Under the pieces are notes generated by a model. The model was not told the DNA's origin and ran no database searches. It was given only the letters and a program-made list of their open reading frames with translations. A program made the position numbers and the translations under genes. Shown in pieces: positions 1 through 9,370 of a DNA stretch of 64,000 nt (position 1 is its first letter; the number at the start of each line of letters is the position of its first letter). This DNA is from an uncultured Candidatus Saccharibacteria bacterium (GTDB lineage: Bacteria; Patescibacteriota; Minisyncoccia; Phycocordibacterales; Phycocordibacteraceae): contig CAZWLE010000001.1 of assembly GCA_964634305.1 (NCBI GenBank), positions 1,128 through 65,127 on the forward strand, read 5' to 3'.

Positions 1-137
1 TTAGCTCATGTGAGCCGCGATGCAGTGGTCCGTTATGGCCATGACGAGAGTGGTGACCGCAATTTCTGTGTTCACCGTTCCTTTCTGTGCCTTGCGGCAG
101 GCTCACTATGGAGCCCCACGAAATGCTTGTCAAAAGA

Positions 138-221
138 TGGTGCCGGGAGAGAGACTCGAACTCTCAAGCCTTACGGCAGCGGGTTTTGAATCCACCGTGT
201 ATACCATTCCACCATCCCGGC
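138..221 (-). tRNA. tRNA-Leu(CAA), type II with long variable arm
   Basis: The reverse complement reads GCCGGGATGGTGGAATGGTATACACGGTGGATTCAAAACCCGCTGCCGTAAGGCTTGAGAGTTCGAGTCTCTCTCCCGGCACCA. It has a 7-bp acceptor stem, T-arm GAGAG/TTCGAGT/CTCTC, anticodon loop UUCAAAA (CAA), a long variable arm and an encoded CCA. It overlaps track ORF 20..379, which is therefore spurious. Confidence 0.8.
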
Positions 222-284
222 TTAATCGGCACCTTACCATTTTCCACCCCCTTTTTCATCTGACCTGGTGCTATACTTTCGTCC

Positions 285-1232
285 ATGAGTGCGGGCGAAC
301 CGACAAAATACGATTCGGTATTCTGGATAGATACCGACAAAATAGCTCCGAACCCGTATCAGCCACGGCGGGAATTTGACGAGGATGCGCTCAAGGCGCT
401 CGCTGATTCCATTCGTCAGTACGGTATTTTGCAGCCGCTTGTTGTGACGCGTGCGGCAGACGTTGAGCGTGCGGACGGCGGCATGGAAAGTCGCTATGAG
501 CTCATCGCGGGTGAGCGACGTCTTCGTGCCTCAAAGCTTGTTGGTCTAAAGACGGTGCCTGCGGTTATCCGTCAGGGTGAGTCTGATGCGATGAAGCTTG
601 AGCTTGCGATTATCGAGAACCTCATGCGTGAGGATTTGAATGCGATAGACCGTGCAAAGGCATTCAAACAACTTGCGGATGAATTCGGTCTCTCCCACAC
701 CGAGATTGGTCTTAAGGTGGGGCGAAGTCGTGAAATGGTTACCAACTCCATTCGTCTTCTTCAGCTTCCTGAATACATCCAGCAGGCAGTGGTGAACAAA
801 GAAATCACTGAAGGTCATGGACGTGCACTCCTCATGCTCATTGACCGTCCTCAAGAGCAGGAGACGCTCTTCAAGGAAATTCTTTTGAAGAAGACGTCGG
901 TCCGTATGGTAGAGCAGCTCGTACGGCGTATTGCTACCGATAAGATTCGTAAGCACGACAAGACGCCAGAGATGATGGAGATTGAGAAGTCACTCACTGA
1001 GCAGCTCGGAACCCGTGTCGTTATCGAGAATCGTCCAAACGGTGGTCGTGTCCTTATTGAATTCTTCTCACCTGAAGATTTGACGAATATACTTGCTGCG
1101 CTTGCAGCAGAAACGAAAGCAAAGGCAGAGGCAGAAACGATTGCTGCGGTAGAAGAAGCCGTACCTGAAGGAGTGGTGGAAGCAGAGAAGACCGACGACG
1201 AGTTGTATTCCGTGAAGAACTTCGTCGTGTAG
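285..1232 (+). CDS. parB: ParB chromosome-partitioning protein (ParB/Spo0J nuclease-like N-domain plus HTH)
   Basis: N-terminal ParB-box motifs (IAPNPYQPRREFDEDALKALADSIRQYGILQPLVV, GERRLRAS) and a central HTH. Length 315 aa. Confidence 0.85.
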   Translation: MSAGEPTKYDSVFWIDTDKIAPNPYQPRREFDEDALKALADSIRQYGILQPLVVTRAADVERADGGMESRYELIAGERRLRASKLVGLKTVPAVIRQGESDAMKLELAIIENLMREDLNAIDRAKAFKQLADEFGLSHTEIGLKVGRSREMVTNSIRLLQLPEYIQQAVVNKEITEGHGRALLMLIDRPQEQETLFKEILLKKTSVRMVEQLVRRIATDKIRKHDKTPEMMEIEKSLTEQLGTRVVIENRPNGGRVLIEFFSPEDLTNILAALAAETKAKAEAETIAAVEEAVPEGVVEAEKTDDELYSVKNFVV

Positions 1233-2879
1233 CTACGCGTCAGCGCCCCATTTCTTTTTACGTGCGCGCTCGCGTTTACGCACGAGACGACTGTCTGGTT
1301 TAGCAGCGGCACCTGGTCCGCGTTCGGTTACATCAAGGGCGGTGCGTATGTGTTTACGCGCCATAGAGGTCTTCGCCATCTCAAGCCATTTAGTGGTCGG
1401 CTTTGCAGAGTCACGACGCAAAATTTCCACGATATCGCCGTTACGCAGGACGGTATCAAAGGCAACCAGTTTGTTGTTTACCTTCGCTCCATTCATGTGA
1501 TTACCGAGGTCGCTGTGTATTGCGTAGGCAAAGTCGATAGGAGTGGAGTGTACTGGTAGGTCGATGACGTCGCCTTTTGGGGTAAACACAAACACGCGAT
1601 GTGAGAAGAAGTCTTCTTTGAGGCTGTCGACAAATTCAGATGATTCAGCGAGCGTCGTGTGTACCTCGGCAAGCTCAGAGAGCCAGCGTGGTGCCGTCTC
1701 TTCTTTAGTCTTCTTTCCGTTTTTGGTTGGTTGAGCTACCACCACCTCTCGCTTTTTGGAGAAGTTAAGAAGGGTAGGTACAAGGTCGCGTACCCACGTA
1801 AAAGAAAGGTTGGCGAAAGCACCTTTACCTGCCGTCTTTCCTAGCTGCTTATAAGACATGTGGGACGCGATACCAAACTGCGCCGCTCGATGCATTTCAT
1901 CGGTACGTACCTGTATCTCCACAATGCCCGCTTCCTGTGTAAGAACGGTCGTATGGAGCGATTGATAGCCGTTTGGCTTTGGAAACGCAATGTAGTCTTT
2001 AAATTGCCCTGGAAGGGGACGGAATCGAGCGTGGATGACGCCAAGTGCCGCATAGCAATCATCTATCGAGCGAACAATCACACGCAGCGCAGCAATATCG
2101 TGAATCTCGGTGATGTCATCACCCTTACGTTTTAGTTTCTGGTGGAGGCTCCAGAGTCCTTTCATGCGCACTTCAGTACGGAAATCACGAATCCCTCTAC
2201 GAGCGAATTCCCGTTGGATTTCTTTCTGCACGCGCATGAGTCCCGTTTCTGTCTCCTTACTTTTTAACTTCCGTACCTCGACGGCGTGAGCGTACGCATC
2301 GCCATCAACGATAGGGAAGGCAAGGTCTTCTAAGTTCTTTTTCATGCGCCCCATACCAAGACGGTCGGCAAGCGGCGCATAGATTTCAATCGTCTCAAGC
2401 GCGATGCGTCGCTGCTTTTCCTTTGGCACGTGCTCAATCGTGGTCATGTTGTGATACCGGTCGGCGAGCTTGATGATGAGTACGCGCACGTCAGCTGAGG
2501 TAGCAACGAGAAGGCGACGTAGAGATTCTGCATGGCGCTCCGCACCACGGTATTTGTGCTTTCCAAGTTTCGTTACACCGTCGACAAGAAAGAGTACCTC
2601 TGCACCAAACTGTTGCTTCACCGCATCTTCGCTCGCCTTTCCATCCTCAACGGTGTCATGGAGAAGTCCTGCAGCGATGGTCGCCGCATCCATACCCAGT
2701 TCAGCAAGGATTTTTGCGGTTGCGGACGGGTGAACGAAGTACGGCTCTCCGGAATATCGTTTGTCGTCCTTATGTGCATTCTCAGCAAATGTGTACGCTT
2801 TCTCGACGAGGGCTCGGTCCTCGTCAGTAGCGTTCTGCATCTCGGCGATTATCTCCTTCACCGGGGTCATTCTGCCCAT
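1233..2879 (-). CDS. rel: RelA/SpoT-family bifunctional (p)ppGpp synthetase/hydrolase (HD, synthetase and TGS domains)
   Basis: N-terminal HD-domain motifs (HDTVEDG), the central RelA/SpoT synthetase region and a TGS-like C-terminus. At 548 aa it is shorter than canonical Rel, apparently lacking an ACT domain. Confidence 0.8.
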   Translation of the reverse strand: MGRMTPVKEIIAEMQNATDEDRALVEKAYTFAENAHKDDKRYSGEPYFVHPSATAKILAELGMDAATIAAGLLHDTVEDGKASEDAVKQQFGAEVLFLVDGVTKLGKHKYRGAERHAESLRRLLVATSADVRVLIIKLADRYHNMTTIEHVPKEKQRRIALETIEIYAPLADRLGMGRMKKNLEDLAFPIVDGDAYAHAVEVRKLKSKETETGLMRVQKEIQREFARRGIRDFRTEVRMKGLWSLHQKLKRKGDDITEIHDIAALRVIVRSIDDCYAALGVIHARFRPLPGQFKDYIAFPKPNGYQSLHTTVLTQEAGIVEIQVRTDEMHRAAQFGIASHMSYKQLGKTAGKGAFANLSFTWVRDLVPTLLNFSKKREVVVAQPTKNGKKTKEETAPRWLSELAEVHTTLAESSEFVDSLKEDFFSHRVFVFTPKGDVIDLPVHSTPIDFAYAIHSDLGNHMNGAKVNNKLVAFDTVLRNGDIVEILRRDSAKPTTKWLEMAKTSMARKHIRTALDVTERGPGAAAKPDSRLVRKRERARKKKWGADA

Positions 2880-3170
2880 GGTAGCAGAATAGGGGCATTA
2901 ACGCTTGACGCAGGGTCTTCTGAAGAGAATACTGACCCGACTGTTCCTTCATTGAAACAGTGAGTGAGGTGAGCCATGTATCGTTTACGCTGCACAAAAT
3001 GCGGTAGGCATAATCGCAACCACCGAATCAGCTTTTGCGTTGGAGGGTGTAAAAGCGAAAACGGCCATATGGCGGCGATGGAGCCGCTTGAACCAGGCTT
3101 TTGGAAAATCCACCAGCTCGTCCCGTTCGAGCTCCTCCAATCTTCTCGCTAGCTGCATCACAGCCAGCAC

Positions 3171-3199
3171 GCAAAAGGCCGCTCCTTGTGGGCGGCCTT
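3171..3199 (-). terminator. Intrinsic terminator downstream of topA on the minus strand
   Basis: An 8-bp GC-rich stem (AAGGCCGC/GCGGCCTT) with a 9-nt loop, followed on the minus strand by a UUUU tract just after the topA stop. Confidence 0.5.
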
Positions 3200-3204
3200 C
3201 GACG

Positions 3205-5592
3205 TTAGACGAGATAACTTGCAGCTTCCTCAGGAGAAAGAGAATCCGCTTGCACGCTTTCCGGAAGGTAGATACGGCGCAGGCCTTTCTTAAGGAAGAG
3301 ACCCTGCTTTGACTTGTAGAGAACGAGTGCACGACCGGTCTTTGGGTGTTTCATTTCTTTCTCAATGGTCGCGCCTTTAGGAGGCAGTTTTGGCGTATCC
3401 ACGAGCACAACGGCGTCTTCAAGCGCGATAGTGTATGGGTCACCCTTTTTGATAGAACGGAATTCGCCGTTGTAGGCAACGTATGGACCAAAGCGACCCG
3501 TGTTAGCGACGATAGGGAATCCCGTCTTTGGATGCATGCCGAGCTCGCGAGGGAGCGAGAGATATTTAACAGCATCCTCAAGCGTGACGGATGCTGGGTT
3601 AACGCCGGGAGGAACACTTGCTCGCTTTCCGCTAAATGCAGGTTTCTTTGCTTTTTTCTTAGCTACCTTCTTCTTACCCTTAGTTGGTTCTGGTTCAGGA
3701 GCAGCCTCTTCAACCGGCGCATCGTCAGGCATTTCTACATACGGTCCAAAGCGTCCAGTGCGAATGAAAATCGCTTTACCTGTCTCAGGATGCATACCGA
3801 GTGGTTCATCACCCTTCAATTCGCTGCCGTCTTCCTGACGTGCACCATCGCAGTCTGGGTAGCGGGTACAGCTCATAAACACACCACCCCGACCAAGCTT
3901 GAATTCCATTTCACTTCCACATTTTGGACAAGGGAATTCCTTCGGTGCTTTTCCAAGGGCCGTTGCCTTTGGTAAATCACCCTTTGCATCAATAGCGGCA
4001 CGAAATGGGGTGTAGAACTCCTTCAACGTCTTTGCGTACTCACGCTCACCGCGTGATATTTCATCAAGCTCATCTTCCATCTCCGCAGTGAACGAATCAC
4101 TGATGTATTCCGCAAAATGCTCTTCAAGCCATCCAGATACCACCATGCCGGTAGCGGTTGGTTTAAGCGTACGACCATCTTTATCGACGTAGCCGCGGTC
4201 CTGAATGGTCTTCATGATGCTCGCGTAGGTAGACGGGCGTCCAATACCACGCTTCTCGAGTTCCTTGATAAGGCCTGCTTCGGTGTAGCGGTTAGGTGGT
4301 TCCGTTTGCTTCTCAAGCGCATCAATAGAGAGAAGGGTAAGTGCTGCGCCTGCTACGACTTTTGGAAGTTCTGTGTCCTCGCCGCGTGCGCGCGTATCAA
4401 GTGCCAACCAGCCAGGGAAGATAACGCGAGAACCATTTGCCGTGAATACAGGAATATCAGCATCAGCCGTGGCAGTGACCTTGGTCCGGAGTACCTTTGC
4501 ACTCGCCATTTGACTTGCGAGTGCACGGGTACGAATAAGCTCATAGAGCGCAATCTCATCAGCGGTATGGCCTGCTTTCGTTTTGCCTGCATCGGTAGGA
4601 CGCACTGCTTCGTGCGCTTCCTGTGCATTCTTCGACTTAGTCTTGTAGGCACGCGATTCGACATAGTCTTTACCAAACTCTTTTTCAACGACGCTACACA
4701 TCTTGGCGACGGCTTCCTTTGCAAGGTTAACGGAGTCAGTACGCATGTAGGTAATGTGTCCTGCTTCGTAGAGTTTCTGAGCTGCGCGCATAGTGCGGGA
4801 AGGGGCAAATCCAAGACGAGTCGATGCTACCTGCTGCATCGTTGAGGTGGTAAACGGCGGGCGTGGTGCACGCTCTTCTGCTTTCTCAGTGACGTCACCG
4901 ACAGTCCAGGTCGCCTTACGTCCCTCTTCTACGATACGGTGTGCCTCGGTTGCCTCTTTTGGCTCTTCTACACACGTGGCATCAAATTCTTCAGTGCCTG
5001 CCTTAAAACGAGCTGAGAGCACGTGATATGTCTCAGGAATAAACGCGAGTATTTCACGCTCACGTTCAGCAAGAATGCGGAGCGCTGGGGACTGCACGCG
5101 TCCTGCAGAAAGGCCGTAGCGAACTTTCTTCCAGATAAGACCGGAGAGGTCGTAGCCTACGAGACGGTCCAGTACGCGACGTGCCTCTTGTGCCTGGCGC
5201 AAATCCTCATCAATAGCGCGAGGATGTTTGAGCGCCTCTTGTACCGCATCTTTGGTAATTTCATGAAATACCACACGCTGTGGGTTCTTGAGCTTTACTG
5301 CCTCTTTAAGGTGCCATGCAATAGCTTCACCTTCGCGGTCGGGGTCGGTTGCAAGAAACACTTCCTCTGCCTTGTCGGCTGCCTTATGAATACGTTCGAT
5401 AACATCACGTTTTCCCGGGGAAATAACGTAGCGAGGGGTGAAGCCACCCTCGATATCAACGGCGTCTTTATTGGTCTTCGGAAGGTCACGGACATGACCA
5501 ACCGAAGCGAGTACCTCGTACTCGCTCCCTAGATAATGGCCAATCGTCCGCGCTTTTGCGGGAGATTCCACAATCAAAAGTTTCTTTGCCAT
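3205..5592 (-). CDS. topA: DNA topoisomerase I
   Basis: TOPRIM N-terminus (LLIVESPAKARTIGHYLG), a type IA catalytic core, C-terminal CxxC zinc ribbons and a lysine-rich tail. Length 795 aa. Confidence 0.9.
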   Translation of the reverse strand: MAKKLLIVESPAKARTIGHYLGSEYEVLASVGHVRDLPKTNKDAVDIEGGFTPRYVISPGKRDVIERIHKAADKAEEVFLATDPDREGEAIAWHLKEAVKLKNPQRVVFHEITKDAVQEALKHPRAIDEDLRQAQEARRVLDRLVGYDLSGLIWKKVRYGLSAGRVQSPALRILAEREREILAFIPETYHVLSARFKAGTEEFDATCVEEPKEATEAHRIVEEGRKATWTVGDVTEKAEERAPRPPFTTSTMQQVASTRLGFAPSRTMRAAQKLYEAGHITYMRTDSVNLAKEAVAKMCSVVEKEFGKDYVESRAYKTKSKNAQEAHEAVRPTDAGKTKAGHTADEIALYELIRTRALASQMASAKVLRTKVTATADADIPVFTANGSRVIFPGWLALDTRARGEDTELPKVVAGAALTLLSIDALEKQTEPPNRYTEAGLIKELEKRGIGRPSTYASIMKTIQDRGYVDKDGRTLKPTATGMVVSGWLEEHFAEYISDSFTAEMEDELDEISRGEREYAKTLKEFYTPFRAAIDAKGDLPKATALGKAPKEFPCPKCGSEMEFKLGRGGVFMSCTRYPDCDGARQEDGSELKGDEPLGMHPETGKAIFIRTGRFGPYVEMPDDAPVEEAAPEPEPTKGKKKVAKKKAKKPAFSGKRASVPPGVNPASVTLEDAVKYLSLPRELGMHPKTGFPIVANTGRFGPYVAYNGEFRSIKKGDPYTIALEDAVVLVDTPKLPPKGATIEKEMKHPKTGRALVLYKSKQGLFLKKGLRRIYLPESVQADSLSPEEAASYLV

Positions 5593-5654
5593 TTACCAAG
5601 GGATACCGCGATACCTTATATAGTGTCAAATCAAGATGTGTAGAACGTGAACGC

Positions 5655-5687
5655 GGCGGAGGTGTCCCTCCGCCGCTTTTGCACGCT
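5655..5687 (+). terminator. Orphan hairpin plus T-tract (terminator-like) in the topA upstream region
   Basis: GCGGCGGAGG-tgtc-CCTCCGCCGC followed by TTTT on the + strand. No + strand CDS lies upstream of it. Confidence 0.3.
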
Positions 5688-5697
5688 TCTGCGCGCA

Positions 5698-5931
5698 TTA
5701 TTCGTTCGCGGTTTCCACCGCGAGTTGGTGCAATTCGCTGACCACCGCTTTCTGAGCGGGGGTCAGGTTCGAGTGCTGGGTGTACGTACGCAGCTCGGCG
5801 GTGTCGACATCGACCGTCGGAAAGGCGGCTTTGAGACGCTCTTTCAATGCTGATGACGGACGAAGGTCATTGATGGTGGCCATCGTTACACTCCCTAGGG
5901 CGTCATGCCCATCACAGTGTTGTATGCGCAA
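5698..5931 (-). CDS. Hypothetical small protein (77 aa, or about 61 aa from the internal ATG)
   Basis: An ORF in the same orientation as topA with host-like composition and no recognisable motif. Confidence 0.2.
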   Translation of the reverse strand: MRIQHCDGHDALGSVTMATINDLRPSSALKERLKAAFPTVDVDTAELRTYTQHSNLTPAQKAVVSELHQLAVETANE

Positions 5932-6002
5932 AGTGCAGCATCGTCAAACCCGAACCTCTGCTCACACCGCCCTTGCCAGAAGTGGTATAGTACAGCCTAA
6001 CC

Positions 6003-7262
6003 ATGCTCGATATTCATTTCATCCGCGAGCACGCGGACTTGGTGAAAGAAGCGGCACGCAAAAAGCGGGTCGACGTTGATGTGACTCGTCTTCTTACCGT
6101 TGACGATGACCGCAAGCGCCTTCGCCAGGAGCTTGATGACAAGCGAGCGGAACAAAATCGTGCCAGTAAGTTGATTGCGCTTGCGAAAGGGGATGAGCGC
6201 GAAAAGCTCATTGAAGGCATGCAGCAGCTAAAGCAGGGAATGGGTACGGTAGAAGAGGAGTACGCAAAGGTCATGGAGGAGTGGCAGAAACTCATGCTCG
6301 CCATTCCGAACATTCCGGACATGACGGTGCCAGAAGGTGAGTCGGATGCGGATAACCAGGAAGTGAAGACCTGGGGCACCATTCCAGAATTCTCTTTCAC
6401 GCCAAAGGACCATGTTGAGCTCATGACCGCACTTAACATGGCTGACTTTGATCGAGGCACCAAGGTAGCTGGCTTTCGTGGCTACTACCTCAAAGGGGAC
6501 GGTGCCCTCCTTGCTTTTGCTATCTGGCGCTACGCGCAAGATTTCTTCCTGAAAAAAGAATTTGTACCGATGATAGTGCCGTCGTTGGTGCGTCGTGAGT
6601 CACTTATGGGTACCGGCATGCTGCCGCAGTCTGAAGAAGATTTGTATAAGACGCAGGATGGTGAATATCTTGCAGGTACTGCGGAGGTAGCGACTATGGG
6701 CTACTTCATGGGGGAGACGCTTGAGAAGAAAGACCTTCCTCATAAGTTCTTGTCGTTCTCGCCTTGTTTTCGTCGTGAGGCAGGAGCGCACGGTAAAGAT
6801 GTACGCGGGCTTATCCGTGTGCACGAATTTTATAAGTGGGAGCAAGTAATTTTGTGCGAAGCCTCACATGAGGAATCGGTTAAGCAGCATGAATGGCTTA
6901 ATCGCAATACTGAGGAATTTATTGAATCTCTTGAAATTCCATATCACACGGTACTTAACTGTGGCGGTGACTTGGGGCTCGGTCAGGTAAAAAAGTACGA
7001 CATTGAATTGTGGGTACCCGGTGAGAAGACGTACCGCGAGATTAGCTCAGCGTCATACTTCCATGATTTCCAAACCCGTCGCCTTGATATTCGCTATCGC
7101 GATGACGACGGTACGATGAAGTTTGCGCACTCTCTCAACTCAACCGCGATTCCTACCCCACGCATTCTTGTTTCCATTGTCGAGAACTATCAGCAGGAAG
7201 ATGGACGCGTACGCGTTCCTGCGGCCTTGGTGCCGTACATGGGCAAAGACATAATCGGGTAG
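6003..7262 (+). CDS. serS: Seryl-tRNA synthetase
   Basis: An N-terminal coiled-coil arm and class II aaRS core motifs (FRxE, GLxRVHEF, NCGGDLG). Length 419 aa. Confidence 0.9.
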   Translation: MLDIHFIREHADLVKEAARKKRVDVDVTRLLTVDDDRKRLRQELDDKRAEQNRASKLIALAKGDEREKLIEGMQQLKQGMGTVEEEYAKVMEEWQKLMLAIPNIPDMTVPEGESDADNQEVKTWGTIPEFSFTPKDHVELMTALNMADFDRGTKVAGFRGYYLKGDGALLAFAIWRYAQDFFLKKEFVPMIVPSLVRRESLMGTGMLPQSEEDLYKTQDGEYLAGTAEVATMGYFMGETLEKKDLPHKFLSFSPCFRREAGAHGKDVRGLIRVHEFYKWEQVILCEASHEESVKQHEWLNRNTEEFIESLEIPYHTVLNCGGDLGLGQVKKYDIELWVPGEKTYREISSASYFHDFQTRRLDIRYRDDDGTMKFAHSLNSTAIPTPRILVSIVENYQQEDGRVRVPAALVPYMGKDIIG

Positions 7263-7266
7263 ACTG

Positions 7267-8211
7267 ATGGCCAAATCCTTTGATATGGGTCCTCGCAAAC
7301 GCGCGGGGACAGGAAAAGGGGAGGAACCAAAACCACGAAAGCGCCGGAAGCGTCGTGCACCGAAGGAGTCCAATCATCCGGTGTTGTCTGCGCGTAACAC
7401 AAAGCGAAAGCTTCGTGACCGTCGCCGTGATGAACTCTTTTCAAAAATGGTACTTACGATTGCGGTCTTTCTCGCTATTGCGGGCGGCATCGTGTATCTC
7501 TTCTCGCTTCCGAGCGTGCGGATTTCACAAGTAGAAGCACAAGGATTCCCTGACCCTGAGCGTGTGGCGGTTATAGCCAAAGAAGAACTGTCTGGTCGCT
7601 ACTACGGTCTCATTCCGCGTGACTCATTCTTCTTCTATCCGGAGCGTGCCATTCGTCAGAGCGTGCTTGAAGAATATCCAGCCGTCTCCTCAGTATCGGT
7701 AGGCCGAAATAGCTTTGATTCCATCATTCTTGAAGGTCGTCCTCGGGTCGCTGCTTTTCACTGGTGCGGTGGTCCTGATTCGCTCGCTGCTGAAGACGTG
7801 ACCTGCTACGAGGTAGATGCAGAAGGTATGGTGTTTAAGCAGGCAATCATTGATGCCTCGTCAACGCCAATGCTGCACGTGTATGCCGTGCTTGATACGG
7901 CATCGACTACTGGTGCCTATCCGCTTAAGGCAAAAGTCGAAGGTGCCAATCATCTTCCAGACATTCTTCGATTTGTACGTTCATTAAACTCGCTTGGAGT
8001 CACCGTCGCATCAATCGCGATTCGTGGAGATGAGGCAGATTTGTTTGTGGCACCTGGCACTCGTATCACCTACGTTGTGGGTCACGAGAAAGAAGCAGAG
8101 AAGTCAGCAAAAGCTGCACTTCCAAAACTGAATCTTAAGGATGGTTCTATCCTATACATTGACCTTCGATTTGATGGCAAAGTCTATCTAAAGAGGGTTG
8201 GGGAGGAGTAG
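7267..8211 (+). CDS. FtsQ/DivIB-like cell-division protein (basic cytoplasmic tail, single TM, POTRA-like domain)
   Basis: A lysine/arginine-rich N-terminus, one TM helix (VLTIAVFLAIAGGIVYLF), then a POTRA-like region. Confidence 0.4.
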   Translation: MAKSFDMGPRKRAGTGKGEEPKPRKRRKRRAPKESNHPVLSARNTKRKLRDRRRDELFSKMVLTIAVFLAIAGGIVYLFSLPSVRISQVEAQGFPDPERVAVIAKEELSGRYYGLIPRDSFFFYPERAIRQSVLEEYPAVSSVSVGRNSFDSIILEGRPRVAAFHWCGGPDSLAAEDVTCYEVDAEGMVFKQAIIDASSTPMLHVYAVLDTASTTGAYPLKAKVEGANHLPDILRFVRSLNSLGVTVASIAIRGDEADLFVAPGTRITYVVGHEKEAEKSAKAALPKLNLKDGSILYIDLRFDGKVYLKRVGEE

Positions 8212-8232
8212 GAGCTCTGGTAGGGTAGGCAT

Positions 8233-9198
8233 ATGACGAATTTCTGGGAGACGCTCCCAAAGCCATTTTTTGTACTCGCGCCAATGGCGGACGTCACTGA
8301 CCCTGCCTACCGTGCGCTTATTGCAGAGACGCACGCGCCCGACGTTACGTGGACAGAGTTCGTGTCTGCCGACGGTCTCTTTCACACCCGTGAGAAGAAG
8401 GGGATAAAGGACGAGGAGAATCCACTCGTGCGTGACCTTCTCTACACTGAAGCAGAGCGTCCCATCATTGCGCAGTTCTTCGGTTCAAATCCTGACACCA
8501 TGGAATATGCTGCGCGCCTTGCGCTTGAACGTGGTTTTGACGGCGTCGACATTAACATGGGGTGTCCTGACCGTTCTATTGAAAAACAAGGGGCGGGTGC
8601 AGCGAATATAAAGAATCCAGAACGTGCTAAAGAAGTAATAGCAGCAGCCCTTCGAGGAACTGAAGGGAAGATACCGGTGTCCGTAAAGACCCGACTTGGA
8701 TACAACAAACTTGAGTACCGAGACTGGTTACCCCATCTTTTGTCCACCGACATTGCTGCGCTCACCGTTCACATGCGAACACGTAAAGAAATGTCGCTAG
8801 TGCCGGCGCACTGGGAGCTTGGTGCAGAGGTGGTCTCGTTTTGCCGAGAACATAACAGGGAAGTGAAGCTGCTTGGCAACGGCGATGTTCTATCGCTTGC
8901 ACAAGGCCGGACGCTTTCCGAAGAACAGGGGTGGGACGGTCTCATGCTTGGGCGCGCTATCTTTGGTAACCCATGGCTTTTTTCGGGACGCCTCCCTGCA
9001 GACCTTACAAAAGAAGAACGTCTGACTTCCCTCCTTACGCTCGCCAAAAAGTTTGATGCGCTTCGGCCACAAAAACACTACGCTATCTTAAAAAAGCATT
9101 TCAAAGCCTTTGTATCAGGCTATGACGGTGCCGCTGAACTTCGTGCCAAGCTCATGGAAACCTCTACGGTTGAGGAACTCGAAGCGTTAATTGGATAG
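8233..9198 (+). CDS. dus: tRNA-dihydrouridine synthase (Dus family)
   Basis: Dus signature (FVLAPMADVTDPAYR ... NMGCP ... catalytic K/H region) in a TIM-barrel flavoenzyme. Confidence 0.8.
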   Translation: MTNFWETLPKPFFVLAPMADVTDPAYRALIAETHAPDVTWTEFVSADGLFHTREKKGIKDEENPLVRDLLYTEAERPIIAQFFGSNPDTMEYAARLALERGFDGVDINMGCPDRSIEKQGAGAANIKNPERAKEVIAAALRGTEGKIPVSVKTRLGYNKLEYRDWLPHLLSTDIAALTVHMRTRKEMSLVPAHWELGAEVVSFCREHNREVKLLGNGDVLSLAQGRTLSEEQGWDGLMLGRAIFGNPWLFSGRLPADLTKEERLTSLLTLAKKFDALRPQKHYAILKKHFKAFVSGYDGAAELRAKLMETSTVEELEALIG

Positions 9199-9370
9199 AA
9201 AAAGGGCCGCCAAGTGAATAAGGAGAGGCGGCCCCATAAGGAAGATAGGGAATGTAGGGTGATGGCGCGTCTGTCCGTGAGGAGTCGGACGCGAGTTCCC
9301 TTCCATTGCTTAGTATAGGAAATGCGGGTGAGGCGTCTATGAATCGTGTGGGATATACTATCGGGAACCT

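Noticed and set aside
240-284. Sigma70-like promoter (TATACT) upstream of parB
   Set aside because: The -10-like hexamer is present but I could not identify a convincing -35 at proper spacing, so confidence is too low to list as a feature.
20-379. 119-aa + strand ORF at the window start
   Set aside because: It overlaps the minus-strand tRNA-Leu(CAA) and the parB start and has low-complexity translation, so it is spurious.
546-1312. Minus-strand ORFs of 136 and 153 aa
   Set aside because: Antisense to parB, with low-complexity Ser/Thr-rich translation.
2985-3158. 58-aa minus-strand ORF between the topA terminator and the rel start
   Set aside because: It has no Shine-Dalgarno and no motif. 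It is more likely the 5' UTR/promoter region of rel.
3346-4845. Several + strand ORFs (209 aa, 242 aa and others)
   Set aside because: All are antisense to topA.
9199-9370. Possible SRP RNA (ffs) upstream of dnaX, as in many bacteria
   Set aside because: I could not find the conserved domain IV signature (GGAA tetraloop flanked by AGCAG/GGAAG) on either strand. There is only a generic GC hairpin (GGGCCGCC...GGCGGCCC) without a U-tract.
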